Source: a virus
IMG/VR virus record: IMGVR_UViG_3300023181_000004
Span: 19,297 to 83,296 of that record
Length of the DNA: 64,000 nucleotides
Strand: one strand, 5' to 3'
Part shown: positions 55,701 to 64,000 of the stretch, piece by piece
Numbering within the stretch: the stretch's first letter is position 1
How the letters are laid out: each line of letters begins with the position of its first letter
Position numbers and translations under genes: made by a program
Notes under the pieces: generated by a model
What the model saw: the letters and a program-made list of their open reading frames with translations, nothing else
Told to the model about the DNA's origin: nothing
Database searches by the model: none

Positions 55701-58034
55701 CGTGCCCTCTGCGTTCTGCTTGCGGATGTCATCGGCGGCCTTCCGGCTCTCCTCGATCCGATCGCTGATCGCGGTCAACACGTTCTTGAGAATGTTAAGC
55801 GGTGTCTCCATGCTCTCGGAGAGGCCCTCGGCGAGGATGTTCTTGAAGCGCTGCCACTGCGCGGTCAGCGAGTTCATTGCGCGCTCGTTCGCGACCGCAG
55901 CCGCACCGCTCGTGGCGAACGACAGCTGCAGCTGATCCATCACATCGACGTTGTTCTTGGCGACGAGGTAGAACGCGGCGGCGCGCGTCTCCAGACCAGC
56001 ATACGCCTGCCCGGCGCCGAAGCCCGCCTTCTGCAGCGTCTCCAATACGGCGGGCAGACCGCGCACGCTGACGTCCACGTCGGCGGCGGTGAGCTTGAGC
56101 GCCTTGAGCTGTGTGTTCAGCTTCTCGCTGGGGTTTGACAGATCAACAAGGAACTGTCGAAAGCCGGTGCCGATCGTCGAGCCGCTGCGCACACCAGCCT
56201 GGGCCACGGCACCGACCGTGGCAAGCAGCGTTTCGAGGCTGATGTTCTGCTCGTAGGCGGTGGCGCCGACATACTGGATCGCCTGACCGGTCTGCTGCAC
56301 GGTCAACTTGGTGCGGTTCAGGGCCGAGGTCATGAGATCGGCGACGCGGCCGGCCTCGCTGGCCTGTAGCTGGAACGATCCGAGCGCGGACGTGACGAGG
56401 TTCACGGCCTCATCCGGCGTTGAACCGGACGCGGTGGCGAGCGTCGTCACCGACGCAAGCACGCTGCGCATATCGCTGGCCGTGACACCGGCCTGCGCCA
56501 GCGTCTGGCTGATCTTGGCAAGATCGATTACAGAGAACCGCGACGTCGAACCGATGTCGTAGATCGCCGCCTTGATCTTCTGGAGCTGCGGCTCAGTGGC
56601 GTTCGCAATGGCTTGCAGCTTGGCCAGCTCATCTTCCATTTGAACGACCTGTTCAAGGCCACCTTGGACGCCGTTGAACACGCCGTATGCTGCCCCTGCC
56701 GCCGCGCCGTAGATCGCCGTGCGTGCGAATGCCGTCGCCGCGTAACTGGCGGTCAGCAGGCTTTGAAGTGGGCCAGCCTTGCCCTGCTTCTCCGTGGCGG
56801 CCTGCTGCGCCTTGGCCAGCTCCAGCTCCATGCGTGCCGCAGCGACATGCTCCGTGGATGCCGCGGCCAGCCGCTGCTCGGCGATAGCGGTCGCCTCGAC
56901 GGCGCGGCGAATTGCCTCCTTCGGCCCGAGCGCATTGATCTGCTCACGTGCGTACTGACCGGCGAGTGCCAGTTGCGCCTTCTGCTGCTCAACACGCTGC
57001 GACGCCGCCAGCCGCCGGTCAATCTCGACGAGCTTCTGCTCCTCGCGAACGAGGCGCTCGGCGGCGGCGACGTTGGCATTGGCGAGTTCCAGCCGCTGCC
57101 GCGCGGCGGTGACCTGTTCCAGTGTGGCGTTGCGATCACCGATCGACGCCTGCAGCTGGCGGCGCGCGTTCTCCTGCTCGAACTGATAGCCGACGAGGGT
57201 CGAGCGCGCATCGCCGCTGCGGATCACTTCGTCACGGACGTTCCCCGGAGCAAGCAATTTGCCTGCGGCCGGCAACTGTCCAGTGAGGCGACGGGTGGCA
57301 GCGTCCTGCGCGCGCCGTTCTGCCTCCGCCTGCTGGTTCAGCTTGCGGATCGTGCCGTCCAGCGCCGTGCCCAACGCCTTCTCAACGGCGATGCGATTGG
57401 CGATGCCGCGCGCCGCGTTGGCGTCGTTCGCAGCAACCGTCTCGCGCTCGCGCCGCAGCTGGTTCAGGCGCGCGTCCGACGCGGCCTTGGCGGCCAACGC
57501 GTCGTCGGTGTTGGTGATGCCGCGCGCCTTGGCGGTGACAGCGGCAGTCGCCGCTTCGCGGCGCGCTGCAGCGACTTCCTTCGCCGACGCGATTGCCGCC
57601 CGATCCTGCGATTTCTCGAAGTCGGCGATCTCTTTCGCCAACTGCTTCTCGATGCTGGCTTCCTCGCGCGCGAGGCGGGCCTTTTCTCCGTAGGTGACCT
57701 TGGCCTCGATCACCTTCTGGCGATTGGCCTCCTTATCGGCACGCACCTCGATCTGCGCCGTCCGTTTCGCATTCGCCTCGGCGTCTTGAAAACCTTTGGT
57801 GCGATTGGACTTATCAGTCTGCAGGGTCTTGAGATCGCTCTCAGCCTGCTTGAGCATCTTTAGATTAAGCGACAGCGCCTGCTGCCACTTCTTCGCGTCA
57901 TCCAGCGTGGTGACGCCGATACCGGTGACAACCTTCTGGATCTGGTCCATGAAATTCCGGACGAGCGTGAGCGCATCCAGAACTGGCTTACCGTCTGCAT
58001 CCAGAATGATGTCTTGGGTATATGCGTTGGCCAT
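52776..58034 (-). CDS. Tape measure protein with an embedded M15-like peptidase domain
   Basis: 1752 aa, Ala-rich helical, TP901-type core (LAQAG, VADLM..ALN, GTGFR); SGTRT..Q..SPH..ARDF..HIHVG. Confidence 0.88.
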   Translation of the reverse strand: MANAYTQDIILDADGKPVLDALTLVRNFMDQIQKVVTGIGVTTLDDAKKWQQALSLNLKMLKQAESDLKTLQTDKSNRTKGFQDAEANAKRTAQIEVRADKEANRQKVIEAKVTYGEKARLAREEASIEKQLAKEIADFEKSQDRAAIASAKEVAAARREAATAAVTAKARGITNTDDALAAKAASDARLNQLRRERETVAANDANAARGIANRIAVEKALGTALDGTIRKLNQQAEAERRAQDAATRRLTGQLPAAGKLLAPGNVRDEVIRSGDARSTLVGYQFEQENARRQLQASIGDRNATLEQVTAARQRLELANANVAAAERLVREEQKLVEIDRRLAASQRVEQQKAQLALAGQYAREQINALGPKEAIRRAVEATAIAEQRLAAASTEHVAAARMELELAKAQQAATEKQGKAGPLQSLLTASYAATAFARTAIYGAAAGAAYGVFNGVQGGLEQVVQMEDELAKLQAIANATEPQLQKIKAAIYDIGSTSRFSVIDLAKISQTLAQAGVTASDMRSVLASVTTLATASGSTPDEAVNLVTSALGSFQLQASEAGRVADLMTSALNRTKLTVQQTGQAIQYVGATAYEQNISLETLLATVGAVAQAGVRSGSTIGTGFRQFLVDLSNPSEKLNTQLKALKLTAADVDVSVRGLPAVLETLQKAGFGAGQAYAGLETRAAAFYLVAKNNVDVMDQLQLSFATSGAAAVANERAMNSLTAQWQRFKNILAEGLSESMETPLNILKNVLTAISDRIEESRKAADDIRKQNAEGTQAWYNTDLAPAGEEGIRRTFNILGNTASLGLNSPFQKAGGVNPLTGQGTGFGDWLDSWTKKSDGATAASERLQTQVSETSDTVDKQTGKITELDKEMARLAVQKDTLRGNDIRSGAEIATLTSRFEGLAVYLTNTGNRYDDLTNAVQRYRQAQMQLLNTDLTAQGSALALQTADAKQRGSAAISGIQGNSSLMAQLSPQERGALSALQKYGTGSPQSQRAQGILGDAVKRFTDNDPNNGGFNRDLADRLNQVVQAAGTIATNTAQANIITTRVADNTAAMTGEGRKITNDQADIQNLITRLGSATGVDQTKLGTEGLGKVNALDKYINGLLANKSIQGANRNFLQNALTDVTSLRNQINATLEPTKAEAREAARLQREKDKQEKLVNQSDIDRIGQALGLKLGSGTRTAAEQDAMHRAGKTPATGKTSPHVVGLARDFGVGGLSDAEAERYAATMRAQYRAAGINAQVQYETGKGKNQGTGRHIHVGVRKGTTRRADRTEENEDKYDVKLDQAQLALDQANLATQLKEVARATTKETFDTSVAAAKAALDKVNGQLKDQALNELAASGIAPGSTQFNARMLQVQQTIAQNVEDFNQKVTDAIIKSVEKQTKAAATAFEQATQSANASLQTAQAQVTGLDSYSLRNKVPDYVKSLANDRVAMAQENVTKAQYTALPAQISAQQTAMSTLQSTIGSAGVNPETVNAQLATMNVELQKLMANREALGAQLNAGGLLPTSFSDGLNKAIEAYRQANNMNQTFSQSLIMNLGGALDTVNTGLATMFTSIMDGSQSALGAFASFAKGIMQWMVQLAAKAVATQIMNLLLNLGASFLGSKAAPAASGGTQGFVGPPAFKGGTLGDDGKIYRKMGGSVENGSTAADSVDARLARGEWVVQKKSVDSVGNKFMARLNQHGAKALDSLQAVPKLDMKNHTETNVYVVPAAQQPTLGPNDVRVILNDELMNGDGKRLVQHIASDR

Positions 58035-58091
58035 CCAGCACCTGTGGCTCTAGGGGGCGCACGAAGCAACCCCCTAGGTTGTCAACCGGCG

Positions 58092-59339
58092 TTAGACCGA
58101 GAAGGCGCGCTGAACAGGAGCAACGTAATGGTCGGGCATCAGGAGCCGGATCTTGTCCTGCACCTGCCGCAGCGGCAGCGCGCGGCGGCCAATGTCACCA
58201 TAGGCGCGACTGCGGAAGACCATGCTGATCGACTGACGTGCACGGTAGCCATTCTCGCTCGCCCACTTGTCCTTGGCGGCGAGCTGGTTCCAGCTCTCGA
58301 TCACGACGCCGGGGTGCTCCTTGAGCACCATGTTGTGGTGGATGTGGCCAATGTCGATGTAGCGATAATCGGCCTCGCCCCAATCCTGCGCAAAGTCAGT
58401 CGCCATGACCGAGGCCAGCCGCGCCGGCTTGCAGAGGTCGGAGTGGTGACACATGACGAACGTCTTGCCCATCCGGTAGCCGATGAAGGGCGTGTGGTTG
58501 TTGAGGACCGTGACGCGCCCGGTGTTCTCGTAGACGGAGCGGATCAGCGTCGCCATCCAGATGTCGTTGGTGCGGCTGTGATTGCCCTGATTGATGATGA
58601 CGTCGACATAGCGTGCCTTCGTCAGGCCCTTGTCGACGATCCGGCGCATGAGGCGCGCATAGACGTCGATCATCTTGGGGAAGCGCCCGTCGTAGTCGAG
58701 AGCGTGGCGGCTGGCTTCCGTGACGCCGCTCATGTTCTCGTAGTGGGTGAAATCGCCCATGTCCTGAATGACGAGGCGCTCGGTCGGCGGCAGCTCGTCG
58801 ATCAGCATCTCGATCGCGGTGCTCAGCTCTGCTTCGGCGATCTTGAGGTCGAAATTGGCACCGGTCTCGGCTTCGTGGGCAAGCATGCCGAGGTGGGCGT
58901 CGCCGATCTGGATCCACGGGATCACATCAGTGTCGAAGGTCTTGGGCGCGGAAGGGGCCTTGAGGCGAGGCTGCTCGGCGCAGAATGCCTCGACGCCCTG
59001 CTTGATCTGCTCGGCCCACTCCTGATCGTCGAGCCGTGTCTTCGTCCATTGCAGCACCTGCGTGCGTTCGCCGTTTGAGCCGACACGTTCGAGCGTCGAA
59101 TGCCCCTTGGCAATGAACGGATGCGGGACTGGAGAGTTGAGTCCTTGATCGGGAGCAAAGCCGTGAGCGGCAGCATTCGATCGGACCAAATTCATTGCGG
59201 CGCGCAGGCTGTTGTGGTGGCGGCCCAAATGCTTTGCCGCTTTCTTGATGTCGCCATCGGCGACGATGATCGCGTCAATATATGCTGATTGCACGGGCGT
59301 GGCCCACGCCTTCAATTCCTCGGTGACGGAGACGTTCAT
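58092..59339 (-). CDS. Metallophosphoesterase-fold protein with N-terminal HTH-like region
   Basis: GDAHLG, GDFTH, GNHS, HH, GHIHH. Confidence 0.7.
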   Translation of the reverse strand: MNVSVTEELKAWATPVQSAYIDAIIVADGDIKKAAKHLGRHHNSLRAAMNLVRSNAAAHGFAPDQGLNSPVPHPFIAKGHSTLERVGSNGERTQVLQWTKTRLDDQEWAEQIKQGVEAFCAEQPRLKAPSAPKTFDTDVIPWIQIGDAHLGMLAHEAETGANFDLKIAEAELSTAIEMLIDELPPTERLVIQDMGDFTHYENMSGVTEASRHALDYDGRFPKMIDVYARLMRRIVDKGLTKARYVDVIINQGNHSRTNDIWMATLIRSVYENTGRVTVLNNHTPFIGYRMGKTFVMCHHSDLCKPARLASVMATDFAQDWGEADYRYIDIGHIHHNMVLKEHPGVVIESWNQLAAKDKWASENGYRARQSISMVFRSRAYGDIGRRALPLRQVQDKIRLLMPDHYVAPVQRAFSV

Positions 59340-59349
59340 GCATAAGTCC

Positions 59350-59892
59350 TTACATTGGATTGGACGGGAAGACCCCGTAGGAGATATTGGTGCTGTCGGA
59401 TTGAAGGCTAAGCCACTGACCAGCAAGGTCAATCCGACCCCACGCCATTACGATTGGCGTGCCCACTGCCGTCGTGTTCTTATTGACTGGAAGATATTTC
59501 GAAGCATCCGGATCATTGACGCTTTTCATGGTCGGCGATTTGAGAAAGAGACCGATCACGCCTTGAAGGATCATGAGGCCGCCGCTGACCAGCAACGGAA
59601 CGAAAAAAGCACTGCCGGGTCCGAGCGCAAACGCCAAGCCGACGACCACGGCGCCGAGAATGATCTGTCCGAACTTGCCGCCGCCGCCATGCATGGCCGG
59701 CATGATATGGATTTCTTCGGCGAAGTCGTAGAGCTTCTCACGCGTATCGAAACCGACGACGTGCACGAGGGTGTCGCGGGGCCAATCAACCTGTCGCGAG
59801 AAGCCTTCGAGTGCGTCCGCTACGGTGTCCGCTTGCATGACCACTGATGGCCCGAACATCATCCGGAGATTTCCGTGGAAAATCATTCGCAT
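59350..59892 (-). CDS. Tail assembly protein I-like
   Basis: IFHGNL..FG, IHIMPAMHGGG, Gly-rich hydrophobic segment, GTPIVMAWG. Confidence 0.75.
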   Translation of the reverse strand: MRMIFHGNLRMMFGPSVVMQADTVADALEGFSRQVDWPRDTLVHVVGFDTREKLYDFAEEIHIMPAMHGGGGKFGQIILGAVVVGLAFALGPGSAFFVPLLVSGGLMILQGVIGLFLKSPTMKSVNDPDASKYLPVNKNTTAVGTPIVMAWGRIDLAGQWLSLQSDSTNISYGVFPSNPM

Positions 59893-60314
59893 GCGATCAC
59901 CAGACCTTTCTCGACCCGATAGCGCTGGACGAAAACCTGTCCGCTTCGATGTCCGATGATGCTATGCTCCAGATCGGGGTACGCAAGGAAGCCCAAATAG
60001 TCTTCACCGCTAAGATTAGGGTCGCCGCGCGGGTGCGTGTGCCACGTTCCAGCGATCAGGTCGGCTTCGAGAAACGGGAGCACCGCTACCGGGTTCATAT
60101 CATAGCTGTTGTTCTTCTCCTCGGCAACGTTCTCGATCTCGACGATCGAACCGTCCTTGAGGATCAGACCGCAGCGCTCCTCTTCGTCTTCATGACGGTA
60201 GAGCGTTTCGAGCGCGAAGCAGGGTTGCGATGTCGACGTCGGGGTAGACGGGTCGGAGATCTTCGACGTCAGGATGACGGAGGACAAAGCAGATGGAGTT
60301 TCGATAGAAGCCAC
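59883..60314 (-). CDS. JAB/MPN-domain tail protein (gpK N-terminal half); start uncertain
   Basis: ERCGLI..N..WHTHP..LSGED. Confidence 0.7.
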   Translation of the reverse strand: MASIETPSALSSVILTSKISDPSTPTSTSQPCFALETLYRHEDEEERCGLILKDGSIVEIENVAEEKNNSYDMNPVAVLPFLEADLIAGTWHTHPRGDPNLSGEDYLGFLAYPDLEHSIIGHRSGQVFVQRYRVEKGLVIACE

Positions 60315-60666
60315 GGAACGTCTCCAGCGTTGATGTTCGGCCGTACAGATGATGGATCAGCTGATCGTTGCCGATATAAATTGCGAAGTGGTTCGCATTC
60401 CGCTCGCCGATCGCCATACATAGAACATCACCCGGCCGCAAGTCCTTGACGCGCCACTCGGTGATCATCTCGAAACCCTCGCGCTCGTAGCAGAGGCGCA
60501 TGAGGTCGATCTGGTCCGATGACCAGTTGGTGGGTCGAGCGTAGTTGGTGATCGTGATCCCGAAATTCTCGATATAGAAATCCCGGAATAGCGAAAGGCA
60601 ATCGCTCGATCCCCAAATGAAGGGTCGGTCGATCAGGTGCTCATATTTGAGATCCTCAATCGTCAC
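60190..60666 (-). CDS. NlpC/P60 tail protein (gpK C-terminal half)
   Basis: FIWGSSDCLSL, PGDV, NHFAIYIG..IHH. Confidence 0.8.
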   Translation of the reverse strand: MTIEDLKYEHLIDRPFIWGSSDCLSLFRDFYIENFGITITNYARPTNWSSDQIDLMRLCYEREGFEMITEWRVKDLRPGDVLCMAIGERNANHFAIYIGNDQLIHHLYGRTSTLETFRGFYRNSICFVLRHPDVEDLRPVYPDVDIATLLRARNALPS

Positions 60667-61157
60667 ATTTGCACCGAGGGGAACGCCGGCGGCAGATATT
60701 GCCGATAGGGCAGAGAAAAACCCATGCTGTCAGACAGCGTGGCGAGCTGGAGACTGATCTGCGATCGACTATATTGCTCCACACGCTTCACACGATAGGT
60801 GTTGATTTCGCGGATCAGCCGATTGTTGATGAGATTGTCGAGCAACACGGTGATGCGAATGATCACGGCGTTGTCAAGATAACCGTCATAGACCAACGGC
60901 TTGAATTGGGAGAGATCAATATTCGGTTGACCGAGCTGGAGCTTTGGCATCGACAGCCCGGTATCGGCAGACTTCTTCTCGCCGCTCATGGCGACCGGCA
61001 ACCCGGTGTATGTATTACCTCGCCACGTGACATCATTATCGTTCTTGAACCGAACGACGCCGGTGCCGCCCGACGGTGTCAATTCAAACAGATCGACCCG
61101 GCCGTCCGACAACAGCTGGTGCGAGTCTTTAATATGTTCGAGTGGGATTTCAGCCAC
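60663..61157 (-). CDS. Minor tail protein (gpL-like, no Cys cluster)
   Basis: VDLFEL..VTWRGNTY..P..LP.R; precedes NlpC/P60. Confidence 0.65.
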   Translation of the reverse strand: MAEIPLEHIKDSHQLLSDGRVDLFELTPSGGTGVVRFKNDNDVTWRGNTYTGLPVAMSGEKKSADTGLSMPKLQLGQPNIDLSQFKPLVYDGYLDNAVIIRITVLLDNLINNRLIREINTYRVKRVEQYSRSQISLQLATLSDSMGFSLPYRQYLPPAFPSVQM

Positions 61158-61227
61158 GGTGGCTCCATACAAAACGGGCGGCCCAACGAATGGACCGCCC
61201 GATGTAGGACGTCAAGAGCGGTTGGGA

Positions 61228-62076
61228 TTAACCGCCGACGTAGAGCTTGCCCGGCGAGCGCGTGCCGATTTCCGACAGGCGCGGCGCGCCGGTCAGTTCG
61301 CCGCGCGAGAGCAGGAGCGGCTTCATCTCCCAGCTCATCGAGCTGTACTGGGTCTCGTTGAAGACGAGACCGAAGCCCTTGACCATGCGAATCTTCGGCG
61401 CGATGTAGACCATCGGGCGATCGAAGTTCGACAGGGTGCCGACGATCTTGGCGCAGAACAGATCGTCCGCATCGATGTCGCCGACGTTGACCGGCTGCAC
61501 GACCCAAACCCGCGCACCGACCGCGAAGGTCATATCGGTCGGGATGCCGTGCGCGGCGTCGAGCGCCACGACGTAAGGGCCGCTGCCCGTCGCTGCCGCC
61601 GACGTGACGGTCGGGAAGACATAATCGGTTTCACCGCTGCCGCGCTGGATCAGGATCGTCGAGCCGGCGGGGATGTCACCGATGGCGGTAATCGCCGAGG
61701 TGATTTCGCCAGGGATCGGGTCAGAGGCAATCGACAGACTGACAGCGCCGCCAGCCACCGCCGCCGTGAGCCGGCCGCGCTTCACAGGCGTCGCGGCGCC
61801 GGACATGGCGTGCGAGCGCATGAAGTTCTGCGCGGTCATTTCGAAGACGTTGCCGGTGATGCTCGACGTCACGCCGGTGCGCTTGGCGTCGACCTCGGTC
61901 TGAGCCACGCCATTGAGCAGCGAATTGATCGAGCTGTCGAGGCCGACGTTGACCTCGGACACCATGCCGATCGAATGCAGCTCGGGGCGAAGGGAAAAGA
62001 CATCGTCCACGAACGCTCGACCAAGCATGATCGTGGCCGAGGACAGGGCGAATGCGGACTTCTGAACGTCGGCCAT
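61228..62076 (-). CDS. Major tail (tube) protein candidate
   Basis: AGGAG RBS, strong codon bias, 282 aa beta-rich, followed by a hairpin; position in tail module. Confidence 0.6.
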   Translation of the reverse strand: MADVQKSAFALSSATIMLGRAFVDDVFSLRPELHSIGMVSEVNVGLDSSINSLLNGVAQTEVDAKRTGVTSSITGNVFEMTAQNFMRSHAMSGAATPVKRGRLTAAVAGGAVSLSIASDPIPGEITSAITAIGDIPAGSTILIQRGSGETDYVFPTVTSAAATGSGPYVVALDAAHGIPTDMTFAVGARVWVVQPVNVGDIDADDLFCAKIVGTLSNFDRPMVYIAPKIRMVKGFGLVFNETQYSSMSWEMKPLLLSRGELTGAPRLSEIGTRSPGKLYVGG

Positions 62077-62173
62077 TGAGGCAACTCCTGCTTGAAACTC
62101 AGAAAGGCTCTTGCCTTCTTTTCGCTTTAGCTCAATAGGAAAGATTGCAACCGCCGATCACCACCGGAGATTT

Positions 62174-62392
62174 ATGCCCAAACCCTCTGCCCCGAAGGAG
62201 GATCACCGCAGCTTCACGGTGCGGATCCCCGAGACCCTCTACAACACGATCGGCGATCTCGCCAACGCCGAAGGCGTTTTCGTGAATGTAAAAGTCAACC
62301 AACTGTTGCGACTTGGACTTGGCGAACACGTCAGTCTCGATGCCGCGCTGGCCCGCCTCCTCAAGAAAGAAGTGACCGTTGATGTCGGATGA
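62174..62392 (+). CDS. Arc/ribbon-helix-helix DNA-binding protein
   Basis: RSFTVRIPETLY..I..LA....VN.LL pattern; GGAG RBS. Confidence 0.65.
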   Translation: MPKPSAPKEDHRSFTVRIPETLYNTIGDLANAEGVFVNVKVNQLLRLGLGEHVSLDAALARLLKKEVTVDVG

Positions 62393-62810
62393 TCCCCTTC
62401 CCCCGCGTCCGGACCTGACGATCGACATCGCCGGCCAGACCATCAAGATGACCTACGGTCTGGAGATGGATATTCGCCGCATGTTGCCGGACCCGATGTC
62501 GGCGCTCCAGCTCATCCGCGATGATGTCTACACGCAGGACTATATCGTTCGCCGCGTGCTGACCCCCGTCAAGAAGATCATCACCGATCCGGCGCAGTTG
62601 ATCGACATGGAAGAGACCGACGTCTCCTCGGAGGATGTCGAGAACATCCTGACGTGGGCGACGGAGCACGCGCTCTATTTTTTCGTGAAACGGACCGTGG
62701 AGATGGCCAAGCTGGGGGTCCGTTACAATCAGGCCCTTCCGAAGCCCTCCACGGATGGTTCCGAGACCTCAGCTACGACGACGCCGTCTGCTGGGCCTTC
62801 GGATGCGTAG
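62379..62810 (+). CDS. Tail assembly chaperone (gpG-like) candidate
   Basis: Acidic ~140 aa; in-frame slippery T-TTT-TTC at 62678-62684 with an open -1 frame. Confidence 0.5.
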   Translation: MMSDDPLPPRPDLTIDIAGQTIKMTYGLEMDIRRMLPDPMSALQLIRDDVYTQDYIVRRVLTPVKKIITDPAQLIDMEETDVSSEDVENILTWATEHALYFFVKRTVEMAKLGVRYNQALPKPSTDGSETSATTTPSAGPSDA

Positions 62811-63076
62811 AGGGCGACCTCGAAACTGACATATACTGGCGGTACGCACGACGCGAGATTTCGCAGAAGATCCAGCTGCGCCTCGGCGAGCAAAATGCCG
62901 TTCTGCTCTCGCACCACAACTCGTTCGTCATGGTCGTGAACGCGGCACTCGGCGGCGGGGACAAGAGCGGTGCACCGCCGCCACGCCGTGGTGATCCGGG
63001 CGTGAAAGACCTTGGCGCCGGACATTCCACTCCCGAAGCCGCCGCCGCCGCCATTAACGCGGCTATGACTTTCTGA
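62684..63076 (+). CDS. Putative -1 frameshift extension (gpGT-like) of the preceding ORF
   Basis: Open -1 frame lacking a convincing RBS/start. Confidence 0.45.
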   Translation, partial: RETDRGDGQAGGPLQSGPSEALHGWFRDLSYDDAVCWAFGCVEGDLETDIYWRYARREISQKIQLRLGEQNAVLLSHHNSFVMVVNAALGGGDKSGAPPPRRGDPGVKDLGAGHSTPEAAAAAINAAMTF

Positions 63077-63950
63077 ACAAACGCCCGCTGGCGGTGCCCT
63101 TGGCAATGCGCTGAGACACCGCCTGCGGGATAGCTCGTTCAAGGAAGAAGCGCAGATAGGGTTCGAGGGTCGGACGATATCGACCGCGCCCACCGCGCAG
63201 ATGCAGCGCTACGACAGGATCTTCGCGGCCAATCGCCCCCAGCAGCGCCGCGTTGGGCTGATCCGAAATTCGCGTCATGGACTGGGTCACCTTACCCAGC
63301 GCGCGCACCCGGATCGTAGCCAGTTGCAGTTCGACTTTGGTGCCATCACGGCTGAGTTTCATGGTGCCCTGATTGACGCCCCAGCCGCGGTTGTTGCGCT
63401 GGACCTGCACGCTGATCCCTCCGAAGATATCTTCAAGAATACCGCCGCTACCGACATTCACTTCGCCGCCGCCCGCCGTGCCGACTTTATCGCTGGAGAA
63501 GAAGCCGGCGAGGGTGCCGCCGTCCGGCTCCCAGCCACTGTTGTCGAACCAGTTTTGGTGGCCGGTAAAGACCTTCTTCTCTTCAAGGTAACGCGCGCCG
63601 CGCGGCGCCCATCGCGGCAACGACCCAAGGCTCTCGCGCGGCTGGGCGCCGCCCTTCGAAACAGTGGTGAGCGTGCCAACCAATCCGCGCTGATTACCCG
63701 GCGCGCCAATGACGTTGCGCCGGAAGTCGCCGGCCACATGCGCCAGCTCGGCGCGGACATCACGCTCAACGGCGATCTGGAGTTCTCGCTTGGATTGCTC
63801 CCAGTTCTGCTCAGCATAGGAAAGAGTGACTTGCTCGACAACAGCGCGCGTCGTATCCTCGGACTCTCGACGACGCTTGACTTGGCCCTTGCCGAAGACG
63901 AAGCGGAACGTAATCGGCCGTTTAGGAGCTTGTGCCATGTCCTCACCCAT
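63063..63950 (-). CDS. Hypothetical late protein (neck/tail completion candidate)
   Basis: Long basic ORF co-oriented with the tail genes. Confidence 0.5.
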   Translation of the reverse strand: MGEDMAQAPKRPITFRFVFGKGQVKRRRESEDTTRAVVEQVTLSYAEQNWEQSKRELQIAVERDVRAELAHVAGDFRRNVIGAPGNQRGLVGTLTTVSKGGAQPRESLGSLPRWAPRGARYLEEKKVFTGHQNWFDNSGWEPDGGTLAGFFSSDKVGTAGGGEVNVGSGGILEDIFGGISVQVQRNNRGWGVNQGTMKLSRDGTKVELQLATIRVRALGKVTQSMTRISDQPNAALLGAIGREDPVVALHLRGGRGRYRPTLEPYLRFFLERAIPQAVSQRIAKGTASGRLFRKS

Positions 63951-64000
63951 TCCAGCAGTATATAAATCAATCGTGCGTGCAACGAGCGATTTGATCAAAA

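Noticed and set aside
1-64000. CRISPR array, rRNA, IS elements, integrase, smpB
   Set aside because: No regularly spaced repeats or diagnostic motifs seen by eye; short or degenerate elements could have been missed

Overview
The whole 64 kb window reads as part of a GC-rich, long-tailed (siphovirus-type) dsDNA phage genome. The host is most likely alphaproteobacterial, inferred from the tmRNA type. Positions 1-36.4 kb and 38.7-42.7 kb (+ strand) hold early, accessory and DNA-metabolism genes: rIIA/rIIB, WYL protein, C5 methyltransferase, ATP ligase, class II RNR, HD hydrolases, nucleotidyltransferases, SF2 helicase, 5'-3' exonuclease, PolA, SbcD/SbcC, dUTPase, ThyA and DUF5664-like. A minus-strand lysis cassette lies at 36.4-38.6 kb, and a mostly minus-strand tail module at 42.7-64 kb. 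No integrase, CRISPR array, capsid or terminase is visible here. The most striking signal is non-coding, at about 27.74-28.12 kb: a promoter-equipped, circularly permuted (two-piece), strongly miniaturised tmRNA gene with tag ANDNGEAVSLRLAA, directly followed by a tRNA-like element with a broken anticodon arm. Candidate alarmone-hydrolase and RNA-end-repair enzymes lie nearby. Other notable items are a Hint domain at the C-terminus of the tail tip protein, a 17-bp palindromic operator-like motif at seven sites, twin 16-bp parS-like palindromes, a 35-bp palindrome before sbcD, a mini-protein carrying PolA-like motifs, and an inverted tail-chaperone cassette. All assignments come from motifs recognised by eye; no database search was run.
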